64,000 bases of DNA, taken from positions 5,028 to 69,027 of IMG/VR virus record IMGVR_UViG_3300050014_000916; one strand, given 5' to 3'. Shown here piece after piece: positions 33,928 to 45,789 of this stretch. The notes under the pieces are model-generated. The model was not told the DNA's origin. It ran no database searches and saw nothing but the letters and a program-made list of their open reading frames with translations. How positions within the stretch are numbered: position 1 is the stretch's first letter; the number at the start of each line of letters is the position of its first letter. This DNA is from a virus. The translations under genes and the position numbers were made by a program.

Positions 33928-36012
33928 ATGAGTGCTGCTGATATTAACCCCGATCTTGTTCCTGATGAACTATTCCCAGATCATGTGCCCTTAATTCCCA
34001 TTGATGTACAAAGAGAAAAGGAAAAAGAAGAAATTCGAAGATTAACAAAGGAACTTAAAAAGAATATGGGTGACATTGAGCCAATCATTGTTACCGAAAG
34101 TGGGGGTGTAAAAAAAGCAAGCGAATTAACTCTTGCAGAAAAGCAAAATGAAATTATTCGTTGCGCCAGTAATCCAATATATTTTATTGAAACATATTTA
34201 ACAATCTTTGACCAGACAAAAGGTGTTGCTGGTCTTATTGTTCAATTCAAATTATTTGATTTTCAAGTAGATTTAATTAATTCATATAGAGAAAACCGAT
34301 TTGTTGTTGCTAATAAATATCGTCAGGCTGGTATTTCAACTACCACCTGTGCATATATCGCTTGGTACGTGATGTTCAATAGAAACAGACAGGTTGCTAT
34401 CGTTGCCGATAAACTTGAAACTGCTCGTGATGAATTAATGAATGATGTTGTTGATTTCATTGAAGGTTGTCCTAAATGGCTTAAGCCCAAAACAGGTAGA
34501 AATACTGAAAAGAATCTCAAGGATACTCAGAAACTCAAAGTATATGACAACAATTCGAAGTTAGGTGCTTTCAGTTCAAAAGGTCTTCGTGGTTATACGC
34601 CAACCTTGTTGTTCTGGGATGAAACTGCATGGACAGAAAAGGGAGATAAATTCTGGACATCTGCACAGCCTACATTACAAACTGGTGGTGCTGCAATTAT
34701 GGTTAGTACTCCTTCGGGACTTGATGCTGTCTTCTATAAGACATTCCAAGGTGCAAGAGAAGGTGACAATAACTTTAAAGCAGTTGAGCTTTGGTGGTTT
34801 AATGACCCACGTTATAATAAAGATTTGGTTTGGCTTAAAAATAAAGGAAAGGAAACTGAGAAACGTTGGGTTGATGAGAATTGGAGTACGAAGAGAAGAA
34901 TTGAATTAATGGATGATGGCTGGGAAGCAAGCAGTCCTTGGTTCGAAGATCAGGTTCGTAATGCCAATGGTGATATGCGTAAGATTGCACAGGAACTTTT
35001 GTGTTCTTTCTTAGGTTCTGGCGACAACTTTATTGCTGAAGAATATCTCAAACGTATACAAGAAGATGAAGTACTTCCACCAAAGTCACAGGAATATATT
35101 GACAAGAACATGTGGATTTGGGAAGAGGCACAGGCTGGTGAGCAATACATAATGGCAATAGATGCTTCGCCCGGGCATGGTGAAGATAATTCTACCATTA
35201 ACATGTTGAAAACCAAAGAAACAATTGAAGAAAAGACAATTATAAAAAACGGTAAAGAGAAGAGAATTAAAATTAAAAGACATACCGTTGAACAGGTTGC
35301 CGAATATTATGGCAAGATTGCACCACAGATGCTTGCAGAAATTGCATATCAATATGGTATACGATACAATAAAGCATATTGTGTAGTTGATATAACTGGT
35401 GGTTACGGTGTGCAGACAATTGAAAAACTTCTGGAAATTGGCTATGAAAATATTCATTATGCTGAAGTAACACATAAACCTTCAAGAGACAGACTACAAG
35501 GTTACATCAAAAAAGGTCAAAAAACTATGAATGATGGTGCAATAATGAATGTGGATTTGATACCCGGATTCTTCATCGGTGGCAACCGTGCATCTGTTGT
35601 TCTTGAAATGCAACGTGCGATTCATTTACAGGACGTTATAATTCATTCCGTAAGATTGCTCAATGAATTAAAGACCTTCGTTACAGTGGCTGGAAACCGT
35701 GTTGCTGACCATAAGCGTAGTTTCCACGATGATTCAATTATGGGATTATCAATTGGTTTGTATGTTCTGAACTTTGATATGGTGCGTTACAAACAAAGTA
35801 AAGGTATTACAGAGCATATGCTCAATGCAATTATGACAGTTAACGATATGAAAGAAATGGATAAAAGACATGCTACTGGTAATACTCTTTCCATTAGAAA
35901 TACAAATGTTAAGAACAAACCAATGTTTTCTCCAAATAATACATCACCATTAAATCCATATGGTGCAAATGCATGGTTATTTAATGGTGTAAATGGAAAA
36001 AAGAAAAACTAA
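33928..36012 (+). CDS. Terminase large subunit (T4 gp17-like)
   Basis: KYRQAGISTT Walker A, FWDE Walker B, STPSG, AIDAS, HDDSIM. Confidence 0.95.
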   Translation: MSAADINPDLVPDELFPDHVPLIPIDVQREKEKEEIRRLTKELKKNMGDIEPIIVTESGGVKKASELTLAEKQNEIIRCASNPIYFIETYLTIFDQTKGVAGLIVQFKLFDFQVDLINSYRENRFVVANKYRQAGISTTTCAYIAWYVMFNRNRQVAIVADKLETARDELMNDVVDFIEGCPKWLKPKTGRNTEKNLKDTQKLKVYDNNSKLGAFSSKGLRGYTPTLLFWDETAWTEKGDKFWTSAQPTLQTGGAAIMVSTPSGLDAVFYKTFQGAREGDNNFKAVELWWFNDPRYNKDLVWLKNKGKETEKRWVDENWSTKRRIELMDDGWEASSPWFEDQVRNANGDMRKIAQELLCSFLGSGDNFIAEEYLKRIQEDEVLPPKSQEYIDKNMWIWEEAQAGEQYIMAIDASPGHGEDNSTINMLKTKETIEEKTIIKNGKEKRIKIKRHTVEQVAEYYGKIAPQMLAEIAYQYGIRYNKAYCVVDITGGYGVQTIEKLLEIGYENIHYAEVTHKPSRDRLQGYIKKGQKTMNDGAIMNVDLIPGFFIGGNRASVVLEMQRAIHLQDVIIHSVRLLNELKTFVTVAGNRVADHKRSFHDDSIMGLSIGLYVLNFDMVRYKQSKGITEHMLNAIMTVNDMKEMDKRHATGNTLSIRNTNVKNKPMFSPNNTSPLNPYGANAWLFNGVNGKKKN

Positions 36013-36083
36013 TATGTATTTATATTTAACTGGCTTTTGCAAAAAAGTTTAGTATTTATAAAAAAATATAAAAAATTATAAAA

Positions 36084-39000
36084 ATGGCTGAAGAAAAAAA
36101 AGGTGGAACTATATATCAGGAACTTAGTTCGTTTCTGAATCTCGGTGGTTTTGATGTACAGACTGCACAACCAACGGTATCTGCAAGTACACCGCCTAAA
36201 GAGTCGAAGATTATCATTAAAGGTAATTCTCCTGAAGAAATCTACAGAAAGGGTTTGGAACTGGAACAAAAAAGAGAACTTCAAAATAAGTTTTTCCGTA
36301 CTACTGATAGAGGTTTTCAGAAGGCTTTACAATATGAAGCAGCCAGACTCCCAGCATATATTGATTATGAGGGTATGGAATATTACCCAATTATTAGTAG
36401 TGCATTGGATTTATTTATGGAAGAAGCAACAACCATTGGTTTAAATGGTAAAATGTTGAACATATATTCAAATAAGGAAAGAATCAAGACAATATTAGAA
36501 GAATTTTTCTACGATACGGTTAACGTAAATGTTAACCTACCATTCTGGGTAAGAAACACTGTTAAATATGGTGATAATTTCGTATTACTTTATGGTGAAC
36601 GTAAAAAAGGTATTACTCACGTGAAACAACTCGTAAACTATGAAATTGAGCGTTTCGAGAGAATTCAGAATGGAAAACCACTGGTGAAATTCAAAGAAAG
36701 GATGACTGGTGATGAATTTAACGTATTTGAAATTGCTCATTTTAGACTTCTTGGTGATGACAAATATTTACCCTACGGAAGTTGCTTATTATCAGATAGT
36801 TATATAAAAACAAGCAATGGAATTAAAGAAATTAAAAACATTTTAAAAGGCGATGTTGTTATTGGTTTTGATATCAAAACACAGAAAAAAATAGAATCTA
36901 AGGTATTGGATGTTGTTTGTAATGGAGAAAAACAAACATATAAAATATCAACACAGCATAATTATCTTAAGTTAACTGATAATCATAAATTACCATATTA
37001 CGATTACGATGATGATTTATTTAAAGAAAAATTTGTTAGTGAATTAAAAATCGGTGACGGATTAATTATAAATAATCATGATGATTATAATGAACAAATA
37101 AAAATTAATAAATCTATTGAAATTAAGGAGCATAAAAATAGAATATATGGTGATTTTGTTAATGATTTAAAATATATTCCAGATTATGTTGATAAAGATT
37201 TTGCAAAATTATTTGGATTTTTACTCGGAGATGGTGGTGTAAATGCAACAAGACCTTATATGGTATATTTTGCATATGGTGTACATGATATTATTAACCA
37301 AAAATATATTAATTTATTAGAAAAATACTCAAATAAAGAAATTTATTTAAGAAAAAATAATAAATATTCAAATGGGATTGCTTCAGCAGTTGTTAATTCA
37401 AAATCTTTAGCAACCATATTAAAAAATATGGAATTTGCTGGAGATTCAAGAACAAAAAGAATTCCAAAATGGTTGTTTTCCGCTTCCACAGATATTAGAA
37501 AAGCATTTTTGGAAGGATTACAAGACGCTGATGGGTCAGTAAATGTGGATAAATGGAATTGTAAAAGATTTGGCATTGAAATGTCTAATTATAGTTTAAT
37601 TAATGATGTTAAACTATTAGCACAATCATTAGGATATAAAACTGGTAGTATTAATAAAAGAAAAAAAAGAAATAATATTATTATTAATGGTATTAAAGTA
37701 AAAAATATTGCAGATGCATATCAATTATTTTATTATGAGTCAAAAAATGAACAAACAATGTTTTCCGACATAGAAAATAGATTAACCAATGATTTTATTG
37801 TCGAAAAAATAAAATCGATTGAATTGGATGAAATTGGTTTTGTTTTTGATATTCAAGTTGATAATGAAAATCACAATTTTTTTGCAAATAATATTGTTGT
37901 TCACAATTCAGTACTTAATAAAGTTCGTAGAGTTTTTAGACAGTTAATTATGGCTGAAGATGCTATGTTAACATATCGTATTATCAGGGCAGGTGAAAAG
38001 AAAGTATTTAAAATTGATGTTGGAAACATTGATGAGGATGATATCGAAGAATATATCTACAAAGTAGCTACCAAGTTTAAAAAAACTGCACAGGTAGCTC
38101 CGAATGACGGACAGATTGATTACAGGTTTAATATAATGGGAAATGATGAAGATTATTTCCTTCCAGTGAGAAATGCAAATACTCAAACAGGAATTGAAAC
38201 CCTCCCGGGCGCATCCAATCTTGATGCAATTCAAGATATTGAATATTTACGTGACAATTTATTTATTGGTTTAGGTGTTCCAAAACCATTTCTGAGTTTT
38301 CAAGATGCTGCTGGTGCTGGTAAAAACATGGCACAATATGATATTCGTTTCGCAAAGAAAGTCAATCGTATTCAACAAGCTATGATTCAGGAACTCAATA
38401 AAATGGCAATGATACATTTGTATTTATTGGGTTATACTGGCGAAGACCTTAATGATTTTGTTCTTACACTTACTAATCCTTCAACACAACAAGAATTACT
38501 TAAAGCCGAATTACTTCGTGAAAAAGCACAGACATATGCTGAATTGACACGTGCTGAAGCTGGTATTGCTGCAATGTCACACACAGGTGCAAAACGTATG
38601 TTATTTAATATGAGTGATAGAGATATTGTAAATGACTTGAAACAACAGAAAATGGAAAAAGTTATTATGCAAGAACTTCAGGATTCACCAGTTACAATCA
38701 AGAAAACTGGTTTATTTACCGATATTGATAAGAGATTTGGTGAACCTCAAGGTGCTGCAATGGCAGGTGCTCCAACTGGTGGTACTGCTGGTGCTCCACC
38801 TGCTGGTGGTGCTCCTGCTGGTATGCCACCTCCACCTGCTGGCGGTGCTCCAGAAATAGGACTTCCACCTGAAGGCGGTGCTCCTGCTGGCGGTGCTGGT
38901 GCTCCACCTCCTGCTGGTGCTGGTGCTCCACCTGCTGGACTTCCACCTATGCAAGAAAATAGAATGACCGAAGATCAATATAATCTACAACTTGAAAAAT

Positions 39001-39233
39001 TAGTATATGGTGACAGTTACCATCCAGCAGTGCATAGAAATGAAGTTAAGCGCAGAGAACTTATAAAAGAGAATGATGAAATTAACGATAACTTAAATAA
39101 AAATGCTTTCGATATGGTTAATGAAATTGATGCTTTATTAGAAAAGGGTGAAACTATTAATGCCGAACATAAAATAAATGAAACCGAAGATATTGATTTC
39201 GAATCAATTGAAAACATTGAAGATATTGAGTAA
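36084..39233 (+). CDS. Portal protein (T4 gp20-like) with intein
   Basis: KYGDNF, EDAMLTYRIIRA, KVFKIDVGN, EDYFLP, IETLPG. Confidence 0.93.
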   Translation: MAEEKKGGTIYQELSSFLNLGGFDVQTAQPTVSASTPPKESKIIIKGNSPEEIYRKGLELEQKRELQNKFFRTTDRGFQKALQYEAARLPAYIDYEGMEYYPIISSALDLFMEEATTIGLNGKMLNIYSNKERIKTILEEFFYDTVNVNVNLPFWVRNTVKYGDNFVLLYGERKKGITHVKQLVNYEIERFERIQNGKPLVKFKERMTGDEFNVFEIAHFRLLGDDKYLPYGSCLLSDSYIKTSNGIKEIKNILKGDVVIGFDIKTQKKIESKVLDVVCNGEKQTYKISTQHNYLKLTDNHKLPYYDYDDDLFKEKFVSELKIGDGLIINNHDDYNEQIKINKSIEIKEHKNRIYGDFVNDLKYIPDYVDKDFAKLFGFLLGDGGVNATRPYMVYFAYGVHDIINQKYINLLEKYSNKEIYLRKNNKYSNGIASAVVNSKSLATILKNMEFAGDSRTKRIPKWLFSASTDIRKAFLEGLQDADGSVNVDKWNCKRFGIEMSNYSLINDVKLLAQSLGYKTGSINKRKKRNNIIINGIKVKNIADAYQLFYYESKNEQTMFSDIENRLTNDFIVEKIKSIELDEIGFVFDIQVDNENHNFFANNIVVHNSVLNKVRRVFRQLIMAEDAMLTYRIIRAGEKKVFKIDVGNIDEDDIEEYIYKVATKFKKTAQVAPNDGQIDYRFNIMGNDEDYFLPVRNANTQTGIETLPGASNLDAIQDIEYLRDNLFIGLGVPKPFLSFQDAAGAGKNMAQYDIRFAKKVNRIQQAMIQELNKMAMIHLYLLGYTGEDLNDFVLTLTNPSTQQELLKAELLREKAQTYAELTRAEAGIAAMSHTGAKRMLFNMSDRDIVNDLKQQKMEKVIMQELQDSPVTIKKTGLFTDIDKRFGEPQGAAMAGAPTGGTAGAPPAGGAPAGMPPPPAGGAPEIGLPPEGGAPAGGAGAPPPAGAGAPPAGLPPMQENRMTEDQYNLQLEKLVYGDSYHPAVHRNEVKRRELIKENDEINDNLNKNAFDMVNEIDALLEKGETINAEHKINETEDIDFESIENIEDIE
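36783..37907 (+). mobile_element. Intein with LAGLIDADG endonuclease in portal
   Basis: S|CLLSD..FGFLLGDG..FLEGLQDADG..IVVHN|S. Confidence 0.92.
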
Positions 39234-39301
39234 TTAATATCTTGTATAAAATAAACGTTTATAACTAATTACAGTATTTATAATAAATTAAAGTAAAACA
39301 T

Positions 39302-40084
39302 ATGAAAAGTATCAATATAGGAATTGTTAATTTAATAGTTTCCAAGAAGTTAAAGGACGCTTACTTCAGTAATGCTTTAATTGAAGAATCAAAAAAATTA
39401 ACAAATGATTTCTTTACAATCGTAAGGAACTCACCAATATTGCAGTTGGAGTTCAAGGTGTTTAATAATATTGAAAACAAACACATTGAAAATGACCTTG
39501 CTGCAACCCGTTATATTGACAATAACATTAAGTTGTTTGAAGTATGGACTCTTAAAGAAATTGAAGCTGAACATCAGAAACTCAAAGCATTTCTTAATGA
39601 AGAAGTTCAGGTTGATGACAGCAGAGTTGATTTATATGTTGCAATTGGTAATCTTATTAAAGAATCTCTTAGTAATAGTGAAGATGTAGATGTTGATAGC
39701 ATTCATGAATCATTTACACAAGTATTAAATCATGTTAAAACAGCAAAACAAACTCTTACAGAAAGTGTTGAACCTGAAGTCGAAGAGGTTGATGAAAATG
39801 TTATTGAAATTGCAGTAAATAAATTTAACGAAAGATACGAAACACTTTCTGAAGATGATCGTAATTTATTCATGAAGCTCGTTAATGCCAGCGATAAACA
39901 GAAAGAAGATTTACTCGAAGAATATAAAGCAGAAGACCTTACTTTATTAGAAAGTGTCAACAAAGAAGCGGTTAAGGATAGCATCGGTAAAGCAATGCAG
40001 AAGATTAAAGAAATGAAATTTAATCCCAAAACTGCAGATGATGATATTATCGGTTTACACGAACTTAAAAAGGGTATACTTTAA
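39302..40084 (+). CDS. Head-module helical protein
   Basis: 260 aa ORF after portal. Confidence 0.65.
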   Translation: MKSINIGIVNLIVSKKLKDAYFSNALIEESKKLTNDFFTIVRNSPILQLEFKVFNNIENKHIENDLAATRYIDNNIKLFEVWTLKEIEAEHQKLKAFLNEEVQVDDSRVDLYVAIGNLIKESLSNSEDVDVDSIHESFTQVLNHVKTAKQTLTESVEPEVEEVDENVIEIAVNKFNERYETLSEDDRNLFMKLVNASDKQKEDLLEEYKAEDLTLLESVNKEAVKDSIGKAMQKIKEMKFNPKTADDDIIGLHELKKGIL

Positions 40085-40957
40085 TTATTGTGCGTCAGCA
40101 GATAATGCATTAAAATTAGGATTTGGATATACATTTACACCCAGATCATCATAGCCAAAATACATTCCTTTTGTTCCATTAATTGTTTGGGGATATCCCA
40201 GATATCTGAATATTTTAAATACATAGTCAATTCCCTCAATTTGATAATTTGGAGAATATTTGGTTGCACGTTCAATTGTGTTACTATAAGTACCTTTAAT
40301 AAGTCCCAATCCTCTACTATATCCGAACAGCACCTGACTTGTTAATGATGTTTTTCCAACAGCAGCAATAATTTTCATATATCTGAATTGTGCTTTTATC
40401 ATTATCTCAGGATTATCAATAATATTTTGATGCATTATTGGTCTGTTCTTTTTTCCTATTGCACTTGCAACATTATATGTGGTATCATAACTACCACCAA
40501 TATCAATAGTACCACTTACTATTGCTTGAATTTCAGCAGTAGTCATATGTGGTGCGATATATGAGTAGTTGTTCGTTATAATAACATTATATACCGCATC
40601 AGTAGTGAATTGACCAATTCCCGAAGCAGTACTTGTGGTTGGATAGTTCCAAACAAAGTATCCAGATTCTTGAAATGCTTGTGCTGCCATAACATTAGCA
40701 TCCATTTGATACATGTTGCCGTACTTGTTATACCAATCAATTAATGCTTCACCTAATTGTTGATTTGTGGTGATAGGAACATTATTATGTCTGGCATGTG
40801 AAACCCATATCGTACTTGCTGGTGTTTCAGGGTCGCAATATGGCAGCACACCTTTATTTTTACCTTGTAGTAATGAATTACCACTACCACTGCAAGCTGC
40901 TCGTATGAATGCTTCACCTTTTTGTGTTAATACAAATTTACCTGTTTTTGTTGCCAT
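40085..40957 (-). CDS. Lytic transglycosylase (SLT-like)
   Basis: AAQAFQESG, ASGIGQF motifs. Confidence 0.75.
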   Translation of the reverse strand: MATKTGKFVLTQKGEAFIRAACSGSGNSLLQGKNKGVLPYCDPETPASTIWVSHARHNNVPITTNQQLGEALIDWYNKYGNMYQMDANVMAAQAFQESGYFVWNYPTTSTASGIGQFTTDAVYNVIITNNYSYIAPHMTTAEIQAIVSGTIDIGGSYDTTYNVASAIGKKNRPIMHQNIIDNPEIMIKAQFRYMKIIAAVGKTSLTSQVLFGYSRGLGLIKGTYSNTIERATKYSPNYQIEGIDYVFKIFRYLGYPQTINGTKGMYFGYDDLGVNVYPNPNFNALSADAQ

Positions 40958-40959
40958 AA

Positions 40960-43900
40960 TTATTGAATTTCAAAACCTTTATACATTGAATTATATCTTG
41001 CTTTATCTGCTGCACTTTCACTACCCACACCTCTACTAATATCACCTGCCGATAACATGCTTACGTTTGTTTCTTCAGAATCTCCACCGTCAAAGCCAAT
41101 AAGTGTTGCTGGATTCATTACTCTTGGTACGGGGTATCTTAATATTTTAGTACCACTAAAGCTCGTCATCATTCTATTTGGCTCAATTGTGTGTTCTACA
41201 GATAATATAATATACGCACCATTAAATAAAGGTACGTTTTCTAATTGAAAATATTGAGTCGGCTGAATCATAACATTACCCATACCATTAATTGTTGCCC
41301 TATATGCACGATTTTCATAAAGGTTATATAAGTTCTGACCTTTGGGTATTGGCGTAGTTCCTTTTGCGTCACCAGCCAGTCTTGCAAGAATCTGAATACT
41401 TTCGTTAGTTTCTGGATATTCCTTACTGTCAATTTTAATATCAGTGAACATTGATTGGTTTTGTTCACCAAACCTGACTCTGAATGCTCTTACTTGCCTC
41501 CAAGGGAAACCACCATAATTTGTTTCTTGTGATTGATCTTCGGGACTTGCAGTTCCAGTATCTGGTTTTTTTGTTTGAAAATCACTTGGCATATTAGTTT
41601 CATTGCTTATGTCAGTGATACCATCGTCCTTAAAATCATTATCCATTCCAGTAGGATAACTTGAAGTTCCACCAACAAACATACATACAAATGCTGCACT
41701 GTTTGTTGGAGTACCATTAACATCAATTTTAAATGATTCTTCCCATGCCTGATCATTGTATGACATTAAGTTCTGTAATGGAAAAAATTCAAATCCATTT
41801 AATGATAATAATTGAGATAGTGCAGTAAAGACCGAAATATTTGGGTCATCAAACATCTGTACAAGTGCTTCAGCGTTTATAATCGTATCACCAATTGGAT
41901 TCATTGCTCTATCTACAAATGCAAATATATCAATTAAGTTTTTACCAGAAGGATTAAAAGGATATCCTTGAACATTCTTGACATTTGGATTACATAACCA
42001 TTTATCATTGATATTTTTAAATGAATAGTATGTCTGTGTTACAATATCTTCATCACCTTTTCTTTTCTCATTGTCAGTATCGGCTTGTTTTAAATCGGTA
42101 GCCTTTGCATCAATTTGACTCAATAACGATGTAAAAAATTTCTTAAAATATATGTCGTTAATTGTTTTATTTGAAGAACTTGCATCGTTTAAACTTTTAA
42201 TTGATTTATAACCCTTTTGTTCGGTGACTGGTTTAGTGAATGTTATTTCGCTAAAATTAATAATTTTTGAACCAGTAAGCATTGGCAATAATACGTTTGC
42301 AAAACTTTCTCCTGTGTTATCATCATTATTTGGATATAAAAGGGATTTATATGCAGCAGCTTTTGCTTTTATATATGCATCATCGCTGTTGTATTGTCCA
42401 CGAGTACCTACTTTGTCCTGTACTTGAGTGTATGTTGACTGTAAAGCTGATCTAATTTTAAGATATTGATCATTAAATGTGTTAAATGCTGATTTAAATT
42501 CGGCTTTATCGTTAGCTGATAATACATTTTCAATATCTCCAATATCCGCAAATATAAAAAGTCCCGAACTTTCCAGATTCTTTCCAGAGCCGTTTGTGAA
42601 GAAATTTTTTAATTGGGTAGCTATTCCGTTAGTTTTTGCATCAATTAACGAACCCATGTATGCGGGTAGATATGATGGAACTTCAATTGCTGCAGGAATA
42701 TTAAATAATAATCCATTTAAATTTTTTGGATATTTATTGAATGGACTTGCAGTATATCCAAAGTTTGATAATAATATTATTGCACCCAATGGTGTGCTTT
42801 GATTAATAATGTCGGCATAAATTTCATTATCATGTTTTGAAAGTACATCAATCCAAACAGTAGGTACGCTTGCAAATGAACTACTACTTAATCTGCTGGC
42901 ATTTGATGCAATTGAGCCATTAAATCCATTGTTGCTTAAGAAATATGAATTACCAGTCACTGCCAGTTGGTCAATTGTATTAATTCTATTAAGATTTCTA
43001 CCACTACTATTTATTGTAACTTTAGCATTTAAAACATCGTCAGCATTAAATACCTTAATTACCTCTGGTGTTACAAATCTTGTAATTAAACTCGTACCAT
43101 TATATTTGGTCTGTACATCCAGTAGTTTTAATGTTGCGTCTGCTTCCATAGTGTCTTCAATGTACGGTACGTTTTCGGTTGTAAATTGAAACGAACTCTG
43201 TGGAATTGCATTGAAATTATTTTTAAAGAATCCTCTCCTTGTAGTTTCTTGAAATTTATCAATTGGGTCTTCTGAACCTTGTTGTGGGGTTCTAATATTT
43301 ATTGTTTTACTTGGCGATAACACCATACCTTTATATTGAGTAAATTCTTTATCAACGTAAACGTTATCACTTGTAGTTATCGGTATAGATTCTTTTGTTG
43401 GTGTGCCTGTACTTGGATTTATTTCAGGAAAATCATAAAAGTCGCCATTAAGAGCAGTATTTTCAGATAAATATTTATAAAAAGCATCGGCAGTATTATG
43501 ATCTTGTGCAAATTGTCTTAAATTTTGACCATATTTTGAATCAAATATTGATGCGGTTAGATTATATGCTTCTGCTTCAGCATATAAATTAGCATATGCA
43601 GCACTTATTTTGCCACCCTTATAAAAATTTGTTGGTAATGAGCTTTGTGTCAAAATATAAAACCTATTTAATACAATTTTAAGTACTTGATCTATTCTGT
43701 TGTCAGAACTTATATTAATTGGTTGACCGTTTACTCCACCACCAGTACTGGTGTCAACACCAATATATGGACTCTGTAAGTCTGTAGTTCCAAGTGTTGA
43801 ATCAACTGGTGATATTGGTATCCATTTATTTACACCATTTTCATTTTGATTGGCTCTCATGTTGCTGAGTTCAGTATAGTTTTGTTGGCTATTAAAACTA

Positions 43901-45687
43901 TCAATAAAATCTTCCACTAATGAAATTTCTGGAAAAGGACGTGGTAATTTTCTGCTTAATTCAATTGGTGCTATTCTTACCTGTCTATAACCACCAGCAA
44001 CTGGCTGTTGATTTTTTATTATTAATGGAAATGCAAATATTTTATTATTGCTAACAGTAATACCATCACTACCGCTACCAGTATCTTTATAGCTACCATC
44101 ATTAATTATTAATCTTTTATAATCATCAATATTATGATGCCTGTTTTCCGCTTCGTCAGATGTATCTTTTATTTTTTTAAAAAACTTATCGACATCATCT
44201 AATATAATTTTAAAAATATTATATATTGATGGTCTGAGTCCAAGATTATCAAGTATTTTCTGATTGATCTTAGTGTTAATTGATTTACTAAGAGTAACTT
44301 TTTGTTTTGTTAAATCTGCTTTATTTTTATATAGCTTATTATAATAATCAGTAACGTCAATTCCAACATATTTGGTCGTGCTACTGGTGCTTGCAGCATT
44401 ATTTGCAATATTATAGTTATTATCAAATACCTGTGGGTCTGAAATATCTGTAGTTAATACACTAATTCCATTATCGCTGGCTTTTTGAATAAGACTTGCC
44501 TTGAATGCTAATAATTGGCTACCCAATTCATTTATTAATGCTGCATTGGTTGTAGGCAGTGCTGGACTAATGTTCTGACCAACGATATATGAAATAAATA
44601 ATCTTTTATTTGTATTTGCTTGTACTCCGCTTACTGCATTAAACTGAATTGCACTATCATATCCCAATAAAGTGCTTATTGGTGTTATGATTGCCTTTGC
44701 GTTATCGGCAGTTGGTTGATTACCTTTAAAGTTATAGTATGGCAGTGATGCAATTTGTTGCGATGTTGATGGTACTGTTTGCTGTTGTGCTGGTGCTACA
44801 TCTTTAATTAACATATATGGTTGAGACTGTGCATTTGATAATTGACTATTAAAGCTGTCCAGTACTGTTATTGCATTATTGTTGTTGGCAATTTTAACAA
44901 TTACAGCATCATATTCTTTTGTTTCTGTAGAATTCTTAATATCATCTGAAATTGCAGTATATAAATTCTTCAATTTCATTATTAATTCATATGTGTTGGT
45001 TGGTGCGGTATGTGCATCAGGATTAAGCGATATTTGTGCTGGTGGCATAAGCGGAAAATTAATAACATACCTTAATAATACATCGGTGAGTGGTGCAAAT
45101 GTTACTGCCACAAATTGTGCGTCAATTATGAAGTTACCGTTTTCTGCTTTAAATTCGGTTGTATATTTAACAAGGTGTAATTGATATGATAATGATTTGC
45201 CATAATATCCTTTTAATGTAAGATAAAAAATTGGCGGTGGAAAATCAAATAATATTCTATAAGGTGAGTTTGCACGATTAAAGAAAGCCAAACCTCTTAT
45301 ATCAACAAATTGAATATTGATTTGTGGTACAAATGAAGAATTGAGCACTACCTTGATACCACTCATACCAAAACCTTCATATTGAATATTATTACCATTA
45401 CTACCATCATAATAATTTGTGGTAAAATTTAAGAAATTTGGATTTTTATTATTTTCATCACCTTCAGTTTGATTTATTCCCATGAAATTAACCCTTGTAG
45501 TGCTTTCTAAGCCAGTTGCTTGGATACCATATTTTGCACTACCTTCTGTTGTAACCAATACACTTCTGCCTTTTCTTACACCATACAACTCTGCGAAAAT
45601 GAACATATCTTCATATTTAGGTATGCCATTGACAATTGTAGTATTGATGTTTACATCAAGTGGGTCAATAAGTTTCACATTACTCAT
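40960..45687 (-). CDS. Large virion protein, baseplate-hub-like
   Basis: 1575 aa; C-terminal GNVMIQP..NGAYIILSVEHTI typical of hub proteins. Confidence 0.65.
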   Translation of the reverse strand: MSNVKLIDPLDVNINTTIVNGIPKYEDMFIFAELYGVRKGRSVLVTTEGSAKYGIQATGLESTTRVNFMGINQTEGDENNKNPNFLNFTTNYYDGSNGNNIQYEGFGMSGIKVVLNSSFVPQINIQFVDIRGLAFFNRANSPYRILFDFPPPIFYLTLKGYYGKSLSYQLHLVKYTTEFKAENGNFIIDAQFVAVTFAPLTDVLLRYVINFPLMPPAQISLNPDAHTAPTNTYELIMKLKNLYTAISDDIKNSTETKEYDAVIVKIANNNNAITVLDSFNSQLSNAQSQPYMLIKDVAPAQQQTVPSTSQQIASLPYYNFKGNQPTADNAKAIITPISTLLGYDSAIQFNAVSGVQANTNKRLFISYIVGQNISPALPTTNAALINELGSQLLAFKASLIQKASDNGISVLTTDISDPQVFDNNYNIANNAASTSSTTKYVGIDVTDYYNKLYKNKADLTKQKVTLSKSINTKINQKILDNLGLRPSIYNIFKIILDDVDKFFKKIKDTSDEAENRHHNIDDYKRLIINDGSYKDTGSGSDGITVSNNKIFAFPLIIKNQQPVAGGYRQVRIAPIELSRKLPRPFPEISLVEDFIDSFNSQQNYTELSNMRANQNENGVNKWIPISPVDSTLGTTDLQSPYIGVDTSTGGGVNGQPINISSDNRIDQVLKIVLNRFYILTQSSLPTNFYKGGKISAAYANLYAEAEAYNLTASIFDSKYGQNLRQFAQDHNTADAFYKYLSENTALNGDFYDFPEINPSTGTPTKESIPITTSDNVYVDKEFTQYKGMVLSPSKTINIRTPQQGSEDPIDKFQETTRRGFFKNNFNAIPQSSFQFTTENVPYIEDTMEADATLKLLDVQTKYNGTSLITRFVTPEVIKVFNADDVLNAKVTINSSGRNLNRINTIDQLAVTGNSYFLSNNGFNGSIASNASRLSSSSFASVPTVWIDVLSKHDNEIYADIINQSTPLGAIILLSNFGYTASPFNKYPKNLNGLLFNIPAAIEVPSYLPAYMGSLIDAKTNGIATQLKNFFTNGSGKNLESSGLFIFADIGDIENVLSANDKAEFKSAFNTFNDQYLKIRSALQSTYTQVQDKVGTRGQYNSDDAYIKAKAAAYKSLLYPNNDDNTGESFANVLLPMLTGSKIINFSEITFTKPVTEQKGYKSIKSLNDASSSNKTINDIYFKKFFTSLLSQIDAKATDLKQADTDNEKRKGDEDIVTQTYYSFKNINDKWLCNPNVKNVQGYPFNPSGKNLIDIFAFVDRAMNPIGDTIINAEALVQMFDDPNISVFTALSQLLSLNGFEFFPLQNLMSYNDQAWEESFKIDVNGTPTNSAAFVCMFVGGTSSYPTGMDNDFKDDGITDISNETNMPSDFQTKKPDTGTASPEDQSQETNYGGFPWRQVRAFRVRFGEQNQSMFTDIKIDSKEYPETNESIQILARLAGDAKGTTPIPKGQNLYNLYENRAYRATINGMGNVMIQPTQYFQLENVPLFNGAYIILSVEHTIEPNRMMTSFSGTKILRYPVPRVMNPATLIGFDGGDSEETNVSMLSAGDISRGVGSESAADKARYNSMYKGFEIQ

Positions 45688-45789
45688 TTTTCTGATTTTT
45701 AATATAAATACGGAGTTATAAAAAATCTACTATTGTATTTGCCGATTGAGTTATTCGGACTATTTATTATAAAGTATAATTTTATATAT

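Noticed and set aside
38750-38950. GC-rich tandem repeats
   Set aside because: They encode the Gly/Ala/Pro linker of the portal C-terminus.
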